A DNA stretch of 64,000 nt. It comes from Euprymna scolopes (taxonomy: Eukaryota). Both the position numbers and the translations under genes were made by a program. This document shows, in pieces, positions 36,571 through 48,662 of the stretch; the stretch's first letter is position 1, and each line of letters opens with the position of its first letter. The notes beneath the pieces were generated by a model that had not been told where the DNA came from, ran no database searches, and was given only the letters and a program-made list of their open reading frames with translations. The stretch lies in NCBI GenBank assembly GCA_053919585.1, contig CM132788.1; one strand, given 5' to 3'.

Positions 36571-37705
36571 TTTCTATACTTATAGGTTTTTGGATTTTTT
36601 TTTCACTGGATTATTATTGATTGGCCACTAATTAAACAGATTATTAAAAACAAAAATGTAAAAAAGAAATCATTATTTCGACATTTGAAAGTGGTGCTGT
36701 GCTCACTTTTTAGTTACAACGTTCTGATAAATCAGTCACCTATTTTGTAAGCAATAAAAACGCGGTATATCAAAACCATAGAAAGTAAAAATAACGAGTC
36801 TCTACCGCATTTGTAACTCAGAAATATATTTGTTTCGCAAAGAAAAAAAATAGAGAGAACAGGACTTTTTTTAATTGTTTTCATGAAAATAAAGTTTCGA
36901 GATTTTATTTTATTTTTTTTACTTATCATAATAAAAAAACACACACAGTTTGTGTGTGTTTTTTTAAATTGTTTTTGTGAAAGGTGAGTTTTTTTTCAAA
37001 ACTTTTGTTTTGTTTCTTTTTCATTTTTTAAAAGTATTATAAATTTCACTAACATGCTGGAGAAATGTTTAATAATTTGGTATTTTTTTAGATTAGGTCC
37101 ACCTCCACTATTTTCCTTTCAATGACGACATTTATAGGTTTCCGAGTATGCTGAACACGCAAATTGAATTGAAATTTTGCGGAAATAAATAGTTGTATTA
37201 TGAATTGTATTCTTCGGCGGCCATCTTTTTACGTGCACACGCGCCATAAACAAATACACACACGTAAAAAAGATGGCCGACAAAGATTACAATGCATAAT
37301 AAAACTTTTTATATCTTGATAACTACTTATTTCTTCAAACTTTCGATGCGATTTTCGTATTCAGCATAGTCGAAAACCATTTCAAGTCGTCATTTAAAAG
37401 AAAATTGAGGAGGTGGAGTGGACCTAATCTAAAAATTTACAAATAATTTTTAATCCCGTACGCCTCCCGATACATTGCTTCGTCAACATGCGACCATTTT
37501 TTATATCTCCCGAAGACACTTCCGTATTTAGAAAAAATAAATAAATAAAAAGTGACCGATTTACCAGAACGTGGTAACTAAAAAGTGAGTATCCCTTTCA
37601 AATGTTGAAATGATTTTTTTTTCAATTTTTTTTCATAATCTGGTTAGTGTTCAATCAATAATAATCCAGTGAAATAATTTAAAAAAAAAACTATCAGTAT
37701 AGAAA
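36571..37705. mobile_element. Nested palindromic MITEs (outer arms 36571-36745/37545-37705; inner arms 37075-37240/37260-37445)
   Basis: TTCACTGGATTATTATTGATT / AATCAATAATAATCCAGTGAA; TTTAGATTAGGTCCAC / GTGGACCTAATCTAAA; GGCCATCTTTTTACGTG / CACGTAAAAAAGATGGCC. Confidence 0.8.
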
Positions 37706-37750
37706 CTCCACCACGTAAGTAAATAAATAAAAAATGTTACGTGCGCATGC

Positions 37751-38797
37751 GTAGCAGTATCAGAATTTTTGTAGGAATTTTTGAAACCCCTAACACGAAA
37801 CTGCGAATACAATATAAACATCTCGGAATTTCTCTGTTAAAAGTGGGTTATTTATTTTATTTATGGATTATACTTCCAAAATAAACTATTACAGTTGTTT
37901 TAAAAGTAATAGAAATATATATATATTTTTAAACATTAATGAATTTTCCGAACTCAATATTTTTCAATTTTTAAACTCAATATTTTTCGATTTTTAAATT
38001 TTAAAAATCTATCAAAATTTTTCTATTGATTCTATTTTTACGATATTTTCAGGGTCAATGTGAATTTTTATGTTCTTTCCAATAAATTGAATATAATATT
38101 TTAGACAAACGTTTTTTTTTAAATTCACGAACCCCCCCATACCAATTTTTAAGTGTCTATTAAAAAGTAAATACTTAATTTAGTAACCCGAAAGTAAATA
38201 TTTAATTTACTCACCAATTGAAGAGAAAAGGTCAATACATAATATATTCAAATTAAAAAAAAAAAAACACAGTGTTCTTTTAGAATTTTACCTGTAAAGT
38301 TTGAAGTTTAAAACCTTTTTTTTAAACCACGTTATTTTTTTTTTGTTTTTTTTAATGGAACCTTGGTCCTTGCTCCTTTAATTGACAAAAAAATTAGGGC
38401 TTGAATTACATTTTTCGAGGAGTTATAAGCTTGGAAAGACAGGGGGTCGAATAATTCACGCCTCCCATTTTGTAAATGTCTAATAATAATGAATTTAGAA
38501 CCCGATAAGTACATAATTATTTACTCACAAATTGAAGAGAAAAGGTCAATACATAACATAATATATTCAAATTTAAAACAAAAAAAACATAGTGTTCTTT
38601 TAGAATTTTACTTGTAAAGTCCGAAGTTTAAAACCTTTTTAAAAAAAACAGTTTTTTTTTTTTTAATGAAATCTTGGTCCTTGCTCCTTTAATTGAAAAA
38701 AAAATTAGGGCTTGAATTGCATTTTTCGAGGAGTTATAAGCTTGGAAATATGGGGTGGAATTATTCGCTATTTTCACGAAATTTCTGACACTGCTAC
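37751..38797. mobile_element. Non-autonomous DNA transposon with short TIRs and an internal ~313-bp tandem duplication
   Basis: GTAGCAGTATCAGAATTT / AAATTTCTGACACTGCTAC; 38185-38455 is repeated at 38499-38765. Confidence 0.6.
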
Positions 38798-39285
38798 TAG
38801 GGGGGTACTAAGGGAACGACCATTAAATAATTCTGCGGGTCGCCATGGAACTCAACGCCCAAGGAGTATCAAAATAGTTTTCATGATCTGAAGAAATTTT
38901 TTTCCGAAAAGCGGGTGATCACTTTTCCATCTAAATTTAACTTAAAATGAGCACCCACTTTCTGGCCACCTTGGGAAGGGGCATTTATTTTCGTGTTTAT
39001 TGGCTTAAAGGTTTTTTTTACGAGGCAGTTTGGTACGCGAATGCATATTTAACAGTTTTCGTTTATGCTCACGCATAGCATAAACCAAGGCTACGTCTGT
39101 GAAATGGAAAATAGTCCCAGAGTTCAGGGGTTAATACCATGCAAAAGAAATCAAACAAAATGACTTTTAAGCCAAGAAACACACAGAAAGAAAAAAAATA
39201 GCATCAATTTTTTTTCTATCGAATTCATTTGCTGTTTTTATTGAAAACTATTTTCCCCCGGATTTTTGATATAATTTTCCATTAA

Positions 39286-39852
39286 GGGCTGTGTGTCTCA
39301 CGTTCGTAAATAACAAAAAAAATTTTGTAGATTTTGGTGTGTTAAAAACGAATCTGCAAACCGTTTCCGTCACAAAGAAATGGTTTTTAGATATGGAGAA
39401 ATTACCTTTTCGAAAAAGTGGCGATCACTTTTCCATGTAAATTTAACTTAAAATGAGCACCCACTTTCTAGCCACCTGAGAGAGGGGGGATTTTTTCCCA
39501 TGTTTATTGGCTAAACAGCTTTCGTTTATGCTTACGCATAGCGTAAACGAAGGCTACGGCTGTTAAATGGAAAATAGTCCCAGAGTTCAGGGGTTATTAC
39601 CATGCAAAAGAAATCAAACAAAAAACTTTTTAGCCAAGAAACAGAAAAATGCCCCTCTCTCAGGTGGCCAGAAAGTGGGTGATCATTCTAAGTTAAATTT
39701 ACATTGAAAAGTGATCACCCACTTTTCGAAAAAGTAATTTCAGGAATGTCATGAAAACTTTTTTTTTGCAACGTAAATGGTTTGCAGATTCGTTTTTAGC
39801 ACACCGAAATCTACAATAAAATATTTCGTTATATATGAACGTGAAACGGGCC
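39286..39852. mobile_element. Kolobok-like MITE
   Basis: TTAA|GG ... CC|TTAA ends with long imperfect TIRs (AAAACGAATCTGCAAACC / GGTTTGCAGATTCGTTTT). A partial related copy lies at 38900-39185. Confidence 0.65.
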
Positions 39853-39984
39853 TTAAAGTAAAATAATACCGGATTTTTTTGAGCAGATTTGCCGTTTAGT
39901 TGTACAAATATCCTCACACCAGGTAATCACTAAAAGGGATTTTTAAAAGTCGTCACCTGTATCGAGCAAAAGTTTAAAACCACC

Positions 39985-40625
39985 GATTATATGCCAGCCT
40001 ACATCATGGTAACATATATTGAGTGAGTTCCTAACAGTATTTTTAGTTTAAACTCATTTTCCCAAAATTTCCCCAAACTTAACATGTTCGATACAGTCTG
40101 CCGCCATTTGTATTTTTCAGATATACCGATAAACATTGAATGTTTTTGAACGTATTATACATTACATAAAAACACTAAAATCTTATCCAGTTAGGTAGAA
40201 CACTTACTTTTCTTGCCTTTGATAACATTCTTTGTATCTGTGTTTAGTAATATAAACCCTTTTCATTTAATGTAACGTTTATTCGGCTCGAAAAACAGTG
40301 TTTATTGGTGTATTTTAAAGCTACAAATGGTGGTGGACACTGTTGATTACTTTAAGTTAGAGAAAGTGAGTTAAAACTAAAAAACTATACAAAATAATGT
40401 CAGAAACCTATCCATTATGCCAGCCTATGTCATGGTAACATATGTTCGGTGAGTTTCAGACACTGTTTTGTATAGTTTTTAGTTTTCAACTTACTTTCCC
40501 AAACTTAACGTATTCAACAGAATTCGCGACCATTTCTGTTTTTTGAGCCAATTAAACATTTTACATTACATAAAAACACTAAACAATTATCCAATTAGGT
40601 AGAAACGTAAATTACCTTACCTTTG
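39985..40625 (+). repeat. ~420-bp diverged tandem duplication
   Basis: TATGCCAGCCTA..TCATGGTAACATAT at ~39990 and ~40415; TACATTACATAAAAACACTAAA at ~40158 and ~40562. Confidence 0.7.
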
Positions 40626-41472
40626 CTTTCATTTATTTGTTTTTGGACGACTTTTTCGAATCTGTGTATAGTAACCCCCTCCCCCCACCATCAACCAAAT
40701 ATTAATTACTAAATCACATTTTTTAAAACAAAAAAAAATGCATTTAGCGTTTCAAAATTTTTGCTACGTTCGGCTTCATCCACTGATTGTTGGTCAAGTC
40801 CAAAACATGAATGATTGATAGAAACTCTCGAGGATCCAGATCAAATTCTGCAAGAGCACCATTTTTTTCAGTTTCGCCTTCTTTTTTACATTTTGCAGTG
40901 GATTGCTGTACTAATAAAAGAAACATGCATTTTCTCTTTTATTAAATTTTTCCATTACACCAAATTGAGCAACTGCAACGCGTGGCAGGGTACAGCTAGT
41001 ATATATATATATTTATAGAAAGATAACTAAATAGATAGATAGAGCGATAGATAAATAAATAGATAATGTATGGCTTATATCAATCACATGAGATATGTTG
41101 AGTCACAACGGGAAAAATTATTTCTGATGTACATAATTTTTGATTTCCGACCGTGGAATTAGATGGGATTCGTTATATTCCCACCATAACTAGGCATTAC
41201 TTGCATTGAAATTCAGCACGATTTGCTTCTATATGAGGAAGTAGGAAGAATTTGCTACGTTCGTTAAAAACTTGAGGAAGGAGACGATGACGAGAACTGA
41301 GAATATGTAATTGCCTTTCTTTTATCGGAACGACCGAACCGGAAATACGTAAATACACGTTTCCCACTTTGATGCGACAGAATTCTCAAATGACCCATCA
41401 CCTATATAGCAGATAGGCTCAATATAGTCAATCCTTTCTTCTCTTTCGATCACACGCACACACACACGCACG

Positions 41473-41516
<44 letters not shown>

Positions 41517-42372
41517 CATATTGTTACACTATATTTAGGAATCTTACGAATATTCTATTAGAGAAAAATATAATGCTTAATATAGTAGATAAAATTATAG
41601 AGAATTTTTATATATCTCGATATGAGAAAAAGAATATTCATCAATCTTTAGGCATGCCCTTCGCTGTCTTTCATCTCTTTAATATTCTTATGTTACATTG
41701 CGAAAATTACGCTCACGGCAAGAATGTTCAGTTTGGTATTATATCGCCGGATTATGACATAAAATAATATCACGTAAATATTTGCATGTATATTGTACTC
41801 TGAATTTATTCCAACCTATATATAGAAAAAGAACGAGAGAGAGAGAGAGAGAGAGAGGGGGGTGAAAGGGGGCGAGAAATAAAGCAATAAAAAACTAGTA
41901 ATGTCTTTATTAAGGTTTCTTCTTTATTTCCAGACTTCATCTGGATGAATATGAAATTTAGACAACAAACACACCAGTGCAAATATTTGAAAACATTTCT
42001 GTGACTTTGTTTCATTTCTGAAACGGAAAAAGACGTGGAAATATAATTTATATTCTTATAACATTTACCAATCATTATTTATGGAATTACAGAGCAATAC
42101 AGTGAATTAATGACAAAGCCTTATATACCAAAGTCTCTGATGTTGACCATGTTACACTCTATTCCTTTTATTCCGTTGATATTTACAATTCTTATCAGTA
42201 TCTGTTTCGTATCACAGAATCAATTAATATATTAACTAATGAATCCCTTTTGCCTTTAACTTATCAGAATAAATAGTAACAGTCAATCCATCAAACCACA
42301 GTAAAGTGCGTTTCACATGATTAAAATCCAAAAATTGGAAGAGACGCTGTAAATACGTTATAAAATGTTTAC

Positions 42373-42415
<43 letters not shown>

Positions 42416-45400
42416 GTATATATATATATAGAGAGAGAGAGAAAGAGAGAGAGGGAGAGAGAAAGATAGCGAGGNNNNNNNNNNNNNNNNNNNNNNNNNN
42501 NNNNNNNNNNNNNNNNNNNNNNNNNNNNNNNNNNNNNNNNNNNNNNNNNNNNNNNNNNNNNNNNNNNNNNNNNNNNNNNNNNNNNNNNNNNNNNNNNNNN
42601 NNNNNNNNNNNNNNNNNNNNNNNNNNNNNNNNNNNNNNNNNNNNNNNNNNATCGCATTCGCGAACTGGAAAGTTCTAAGAATATCGCAAACCTGTATGCC
42701 GCCTTTAAGGGTCTCTACTGCTAGTTATTTAAATATTTTAAATCCTCTAAAAGTGTTCAGTTGTGCTTGTGGCGGTTGATCTTGTCCTTCTCTTGCTATC
42801 CTCGTCTTAGGGAGTTTATACAATTGCAAAATACCGATTCATATTTCAGAAGTGTGTATTAATAATAGATACAATATATGAAGTAATTACATTTTTAAGT
42901 TTGTTGAATTTAAAATAAAATTATATACACATTTAAAAAGTCGCCCCAATAACAATAAGAATAAGATTCAAGTGTTTTTCTAGTAATAAACAGAACAATA
43001 TTTAGATGGAAAACAAATATTCGGGACATATTTTGTACCAAAGTAAAAGGACTTCGCTATTTCCTTTAATAAATTTCTTCGTGTTTTTACTTACTTCGTG
43101 GTGTTTCTTTCGTTAAATGCAAATATTGTACACACTTCGTTTCGTCACAATTGACATATCCTCGATAACTTCTGACAGATAATTCCAGATAACCTCTTGG
43201 AATAAAAAATTAAACAAAATTAAAACCGTAATATATGTCAACAGTTGTGCGAGAATATAATGTTTTACCGGTGGTTTGTTTAATTTTCGATTTTAGAGTG
43301 ATTAAGTTAAATAAGTGTTACGGTACAAACTTTAGTGAATATCTCTTAAAGGTTTAAATGGGCGAAAATGACGAGAATTTCCCGTGAGATTTATAGAGTA
43401 AATTGATCTCCTACCCAGAATAATATACGAGATATTTTAGCTAAATGTGTTAATGAACAAATATGTCATTATTATTAATAATATTATTGGTATTATTAGT
43501 AGTATCGGTTGCAATACTTGTTGGATTTTTTTTACATTTTTATATTTATAGTAAACTAAGCAACAAAAGGGTCATACGATATTTGGAATAATTAGAGAGA
43601 AAAATATGGCTATACTTTTTATAGATGGAATGCAGAGTCTAGTTAACAGTGGTCCTCTCCTTGGAAAGAATTGGTTTAATCGTAACATTATTTTGTATAA
43701 ACTCATTGCTAACTTTGAGACTGTCTTGTTTACTATTCTGTTCATACAATGCCTTTTTTATTTTGCATAATAAATCATCGATTCGTTTGTATCGATTACT
43801 AGTATTTTAAAGAGCATTAAAAACATATGCAGATGAAATAAATGTCGTCTCGCAGTTTTCAATGAATTACATGGAAAATATTAGGAAAAACACATAAAAA
43901 TATATACTTTTCTAATATACTATCATGTCCTAAGTCATAATTTATGTTTTGTAAATATATGAAAATATTCATAGAGAGTTCGTATAATCGCAGCATGTAT
44001 ATGGTATGTAGTGATGATTAAATTTATTTTCGATAGCATAAAACAAACCTTCCAAAAACACCGTCAAAATATAGTATGAACCAACGATGATTTTACGTTT
44101 TGCATTAAAATACATGGACTTTTCTAAAAATGAAATACCATAGTCGGAAACGCGTTTCCATTGGGTGAAAGTTTACTTTCTGGTACATTTTAATCGAAGT
44201 GTTTATATATATATTTATAATAGTAATATTTCTTTATCAATCTTCAATACTCCACGTCCAAACTTTTTGGTGTCAACAACAGTCATACATTCATGGGTGT
44301 ATATTTTCTATTTTCTATTTTACTTTTAGCTTGACATAAAGCCCGCAAACACACTTAGTGACAACTTAAATTTATATAATAGATTGCCGATTACTAGAGC
44401 TCATAACACCTATATGAGAGTACAAGCTCCAAAATACTCGTCCTAACATTCTCGTATAACGTGATTTAGGAACAATAACATAGATGATACTTCCAAGTGC
44501 CATGTCAAAAAAGGGGATCCGTTNNNNNNNNNNNNNNNNNNNNNNNNNNNNNNNNNNNNNNNNNNNNNNNNNNNNNNNNNNNNNNNNNNNNNNNNNNNNN
44601 NNNNNNNNNNNNNNNNNNNNNNNNNNNNNNNNNNNNNNNNNNNNNNNNNNNNNNNNNNNNNNNNNNNNNNNNGCAGAAGAGGATCAAAACAGACTGTCGA
44701 ATCTAACTATTTCCACAATGTATACAAAGCATTGTCTCGTATACAATATTGTATATTTGTATTTGTTTTACATTAAATATGACTTCGCCAAATGCTGCAC
44801 TTGTTCCCCAATAAATATACCTCTCTGACGAAAGTGGCAATCGCTGAAAGCACATCAACAAAATGTAACTTTCCGCAAATTCTAGAAATCTTTCTACTAT
44901 AATATATTTTCATCAAATTACTTGTTGCACGAGTTACCTCTCTTTTCTCTGTTTTACAAATCTACAGCTATACAGGAATCAAAATATTATTAACGTTGGC
45001 ACCCTTGATATATACCAGGTTATATAACGTGTGTATATAATATTAATAAGATGTCGTAAATATATATCAACAGATGTTTCCGAACCTTAATTTCTAGTGT
45101 CTACAGTGTCTTGCGATGTATGCATATGTATTATTTGATTGCATGCGTTCATGTTTCACATATTCTTTTGTTTACATTATACCAAATAAACGTTAGCGGG
45201 ACATTCCTTTACATTCCTTTACACACAGCGAATAAACATATTGGTGGTGTGCTTTTTATCATGACTGGAAGAGCATAGCAAGCTGCCTTATTTCCTGATG
45301 TTTTATGGAATTCAAAAAACACTTTGAAAGATTTGCTAATTCTTCTATTTTCTGGTAACATCAAGTGTATATCAGCGTATTTTCGGTAATAAAACAATAT

Positions 45401-45759
45401 TCTAACTTATTTTTTTTTAATTATATGAAATAAAGAGCATATCAAGTAAGCATCTAAAAATATATCGTAGTGACCCCAAATGGTTGATTTTTTTATAATC
45501 CCCGGACCCACCCTCAAACCCACGATTTAAATTATTGTAAAGCAGAGTCAACTCTATTTTCCTTAGTAGAGAAAAAGAAGCATGTTTTCAACACTCGAAG
45601 AAGGTCGGATGTTGCAGCGACCGGCACGTTGTGCTACTAATACCCTACATGTGAATAAAAGTCAGATTAATAAAAATAAAACAAGCATTCACATCTCCAC
45701 ATTACATCTCAAAACTTCAGAATGACAAGATAATCTGTTTGCTATGTTGCGATGTTGAA

Positions 45760-45811
<52 letters not shown>

Positions 45812-45814
<3 letters not shown>

Positions 45815-46484
45815 TTATTGAATAGCATGGGATTATTCTGTTTTACAATTTTCCTTTTTATCTTCTCCAATCTCAGAATAGTCGTTTTTGTGTTCTTCTC
45901 GAAATTGTATATGTTGGATCCATAATCGCGAGGGTTTCAACGGAAGTACTTCTATCATCCTCAGACATATTGTAGAAATAAATGTAGAAATTGAAGGGAC
46001 ATGCCTGCCACCATTTGGAATTTCGAGGAATCATGGTCGAAAATACAAGAGTATTGCAGTGTGAGAGAAATGTAAATAGGCTAAGAATACTTGAAGCATT
46101 ATACATTAAAACAAAGAAGCCTCAAATAAATAATATCAATTATGACTCAGCCAGAACGTTTTGAAATGTTTGGGATAAATTTTTGAAAATGTATATATGT
46201 GTTTGTATATATAAATGTGTTTAATATATGTAAAAAAAAAGTCCGCCTACCTAACTTGTAAGAAGCTACCACGTGACTAGGAAAAATGTATATATAAGTA
46301 AATTAAAAAACAATTTCTACATTTATTTCTAAAATATGCCTGAGGATGATAGAAGTACTTCTGTAGAAAGCGCTCGCGATTATAGATCCAACATATAAAT
46401 TTCGAGAAGAACACAAAAATGACTATTCGGAGGTTGGAGAAGGAAAATTGCAAAACAGAATAATTTCGTGCTATTCATTAATAT
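45812..46484 (+). mobile_element. 5'-truncated Penelope element: inverted pLTR + GIY-YIG C-terminus + pLTR with hammerhead
   Basis: 45812-45993 is an inverted copy of 46311-46484; 46020-46165 encodes RLRILEALYIKTKKPQIN; the core reads CTGAGGA(46340)-T-stem II-GAAA(46366)-GCGC-TC. Confidence 0.85.
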
Positions 46485-46505
46485 TTTTTAAATGAGAAAA
46501 TTCTG

Positions 46506-46567
<62 letters not shown>

Positions 46568-46568
<1 letters not shown>

Positions 46569-47530
46569 TAGACTACCCGTGCCCCGTTGGGTCAGTATAT
46601 TATATAAGCTATGGTATTCCTGTATGAGCGTGATACTTGTGACGTAAACCATTTTTTTTTACATAACAGAAACATTTCTATGAAAGTATATTGAAATGAA
46701 AAAAAGCATATAGATAGATTTCTATGAGTCGTTCTGTTTATTATAATTCATTATTTAAAAAAAAATACAGTAACTGAATTATAAGTGGTTGGTCATACTT
46801 ATAAGTAAATGTGCGCTGAACAGATACCATAAAACTTATTATAGTTTATTCAAATTTTGCTATATCTGTTTTTGTTTTTTTTTACATTGTTCATTTCTGT
46901 ATTACGTTTAAGTTATTTTAACTCCCAATCTTCCCATGTTAAATAATAATTTCGAAATAATAACGTTAATATTTCAGCGTCCTAATTGGTCTTTTGTTTT
47001 TAGCTTATTTTTACCCCCCTCTTCCCATGTTAAATAATAATTTCGAAATAATAACGTTAATATTTCAGCGTCCTAATTGGTCTTTTGTTTTTAGCTTATT
47101 TTAACCCCCCTCTTCCCATGTTAAATAATAATGTCGAAATAATAACGTTAATATTTCAGCGTCCTAATTGGTCTTTTGTTGTTAGCTTATTTTAAACCCC
47201 CTCTTCCCATGTTAAATAATAATTTCGAAATAATAACGTTAGTATTTCAGTATCCCAATTGTTCTTTAGATATTTTTCGCGTTTAAATTACCCAAATAAA
47301 CAATTGTTAATACGGCCTGCTTTTCTTTTAATAATTTTTACATCGTTCATTTCTGTATTACGTTTAAGTTATTTTAAACCCCCTCTTCCCATGTTAAATA
47401 ATAATTTCAAAATAATAACGTTAATATTTCAGTGCGCAAGTCATGCGCGTATGCGCAAGTGGATGCTGTAAACCGGAAAGTTGGTTACATACATCGTTAC
47501 AAGATCATTTGAGTTTTATGATTATATGTA
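46568..47530 (-). mobile_element. Non-autonomous Helitron (family C) with internal 91-bp tandem repeats
   Basis: Minus 3' end ACTGACCCAACGGGGCACGGGTAGTCTAG|T (related end at 26075-26100 on +). CTTCCCATGTTAAATAATAAT recurs at ~46930, 47021, 47112, 47203 and 47385. Confidence 0.7.
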
Positions 47531-47531
47531 A

Positions 47532-47574
<43 letters not shown>

Positions 47575-47785
47575 ACACATGCATGTGTGTATGTGTGTGT
47601 GTGCGTGTGTTTATATAAGTACAACCTTAAATTATTGGAAATACTGATTCTGTTATTTATTTATTTAAAATCAATATTTATGAGAAATATTTTCGTTGGT
47701 GTGAATCTAATATTCATGGCAAGATATATGTCTGTGTGTGTATATATATATGTGTGGGTACGTGTATATATGTTTCTATATATAC

Positions 47786-47816
<31 letters not shown>

Positions 47817-48583
47817 TGTACATATAGTAAGTTTGTGACAACGTTATGAACTATTCCATTTTCAAATATTAATGCTCACATTTAAAGTAAACAAAAATTG
47901 TTCATACATGACTCATTGAAATTGAAATGGGGTTCGTATTATATTAATTATATAATTAGTTTCAAATCTCCTGAATCTCCGAAGCTTAGCTTATATTAAA
48001 GCAAGAGGAAACTCGGGTTTATGTTTCATTAAATATTCATAAACACGGCTTTATCTTGTCTGGCGAATTGATAAGACGACATTTTAATTCAGTTTCTGAT
48101 TTATATAAAACGTACACATATTATGAACTAATAACGTCCGACTTACCACTGTTAAATCTTCTACACCGAAATATAATTTCAATTTTAAACGTAGTTTTAT
48201 TTAATCGTAAAATGGCCTTGGCTTTAGTTTATGTTATGAACATGTAATTGTTCCGTTTAAAAATTCTTGAAATGTTAGATCTTTGTCAGTAATTACTCAA
48301 TAATAAGTAAATATTGCTTTTTAAGTTCAGTAAAATGTAAATAAAATATGTTAATTTTGGCGTTTATTCCAAGATAAAAATGTACTACATATACTGATGT
48401 TGAACTTCACTTTTTTCATTTGACTCTTTTGGGTTCGGTAAGATGATGAGATATCCTTCATGACTGATACATGTACTTTATTTTTGTTACTATCTAGATT
48501 GCCACTTTTTTGGGAGCTGATTTTTCCTACATTAAAAGCCACACTTGTGTTTAATTCTGCGTAGGAAGGCTAGAAAACGAAGA

Positions 48584-48584
<1 letters not shown>

Positions 48585-48662
<78 letters not shown>
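48585..48662. repeat. (TAA)n microsatellite
   Basis: Direct trinucleotide run. Confidence 0.97.

Larger units (their letters stand above)
35684..40999 (+). mobile_element. Putative 5.3-kb Helitron (family B) containing nested MITEs
   Basis: A|TCTATATATATAAAAATG at 35684 and CTGCAACGCGTGGCAG-GGTACAGCTAG|T at 40973-40999. Pairing these two ends is inferred. Confidence 0.5.
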
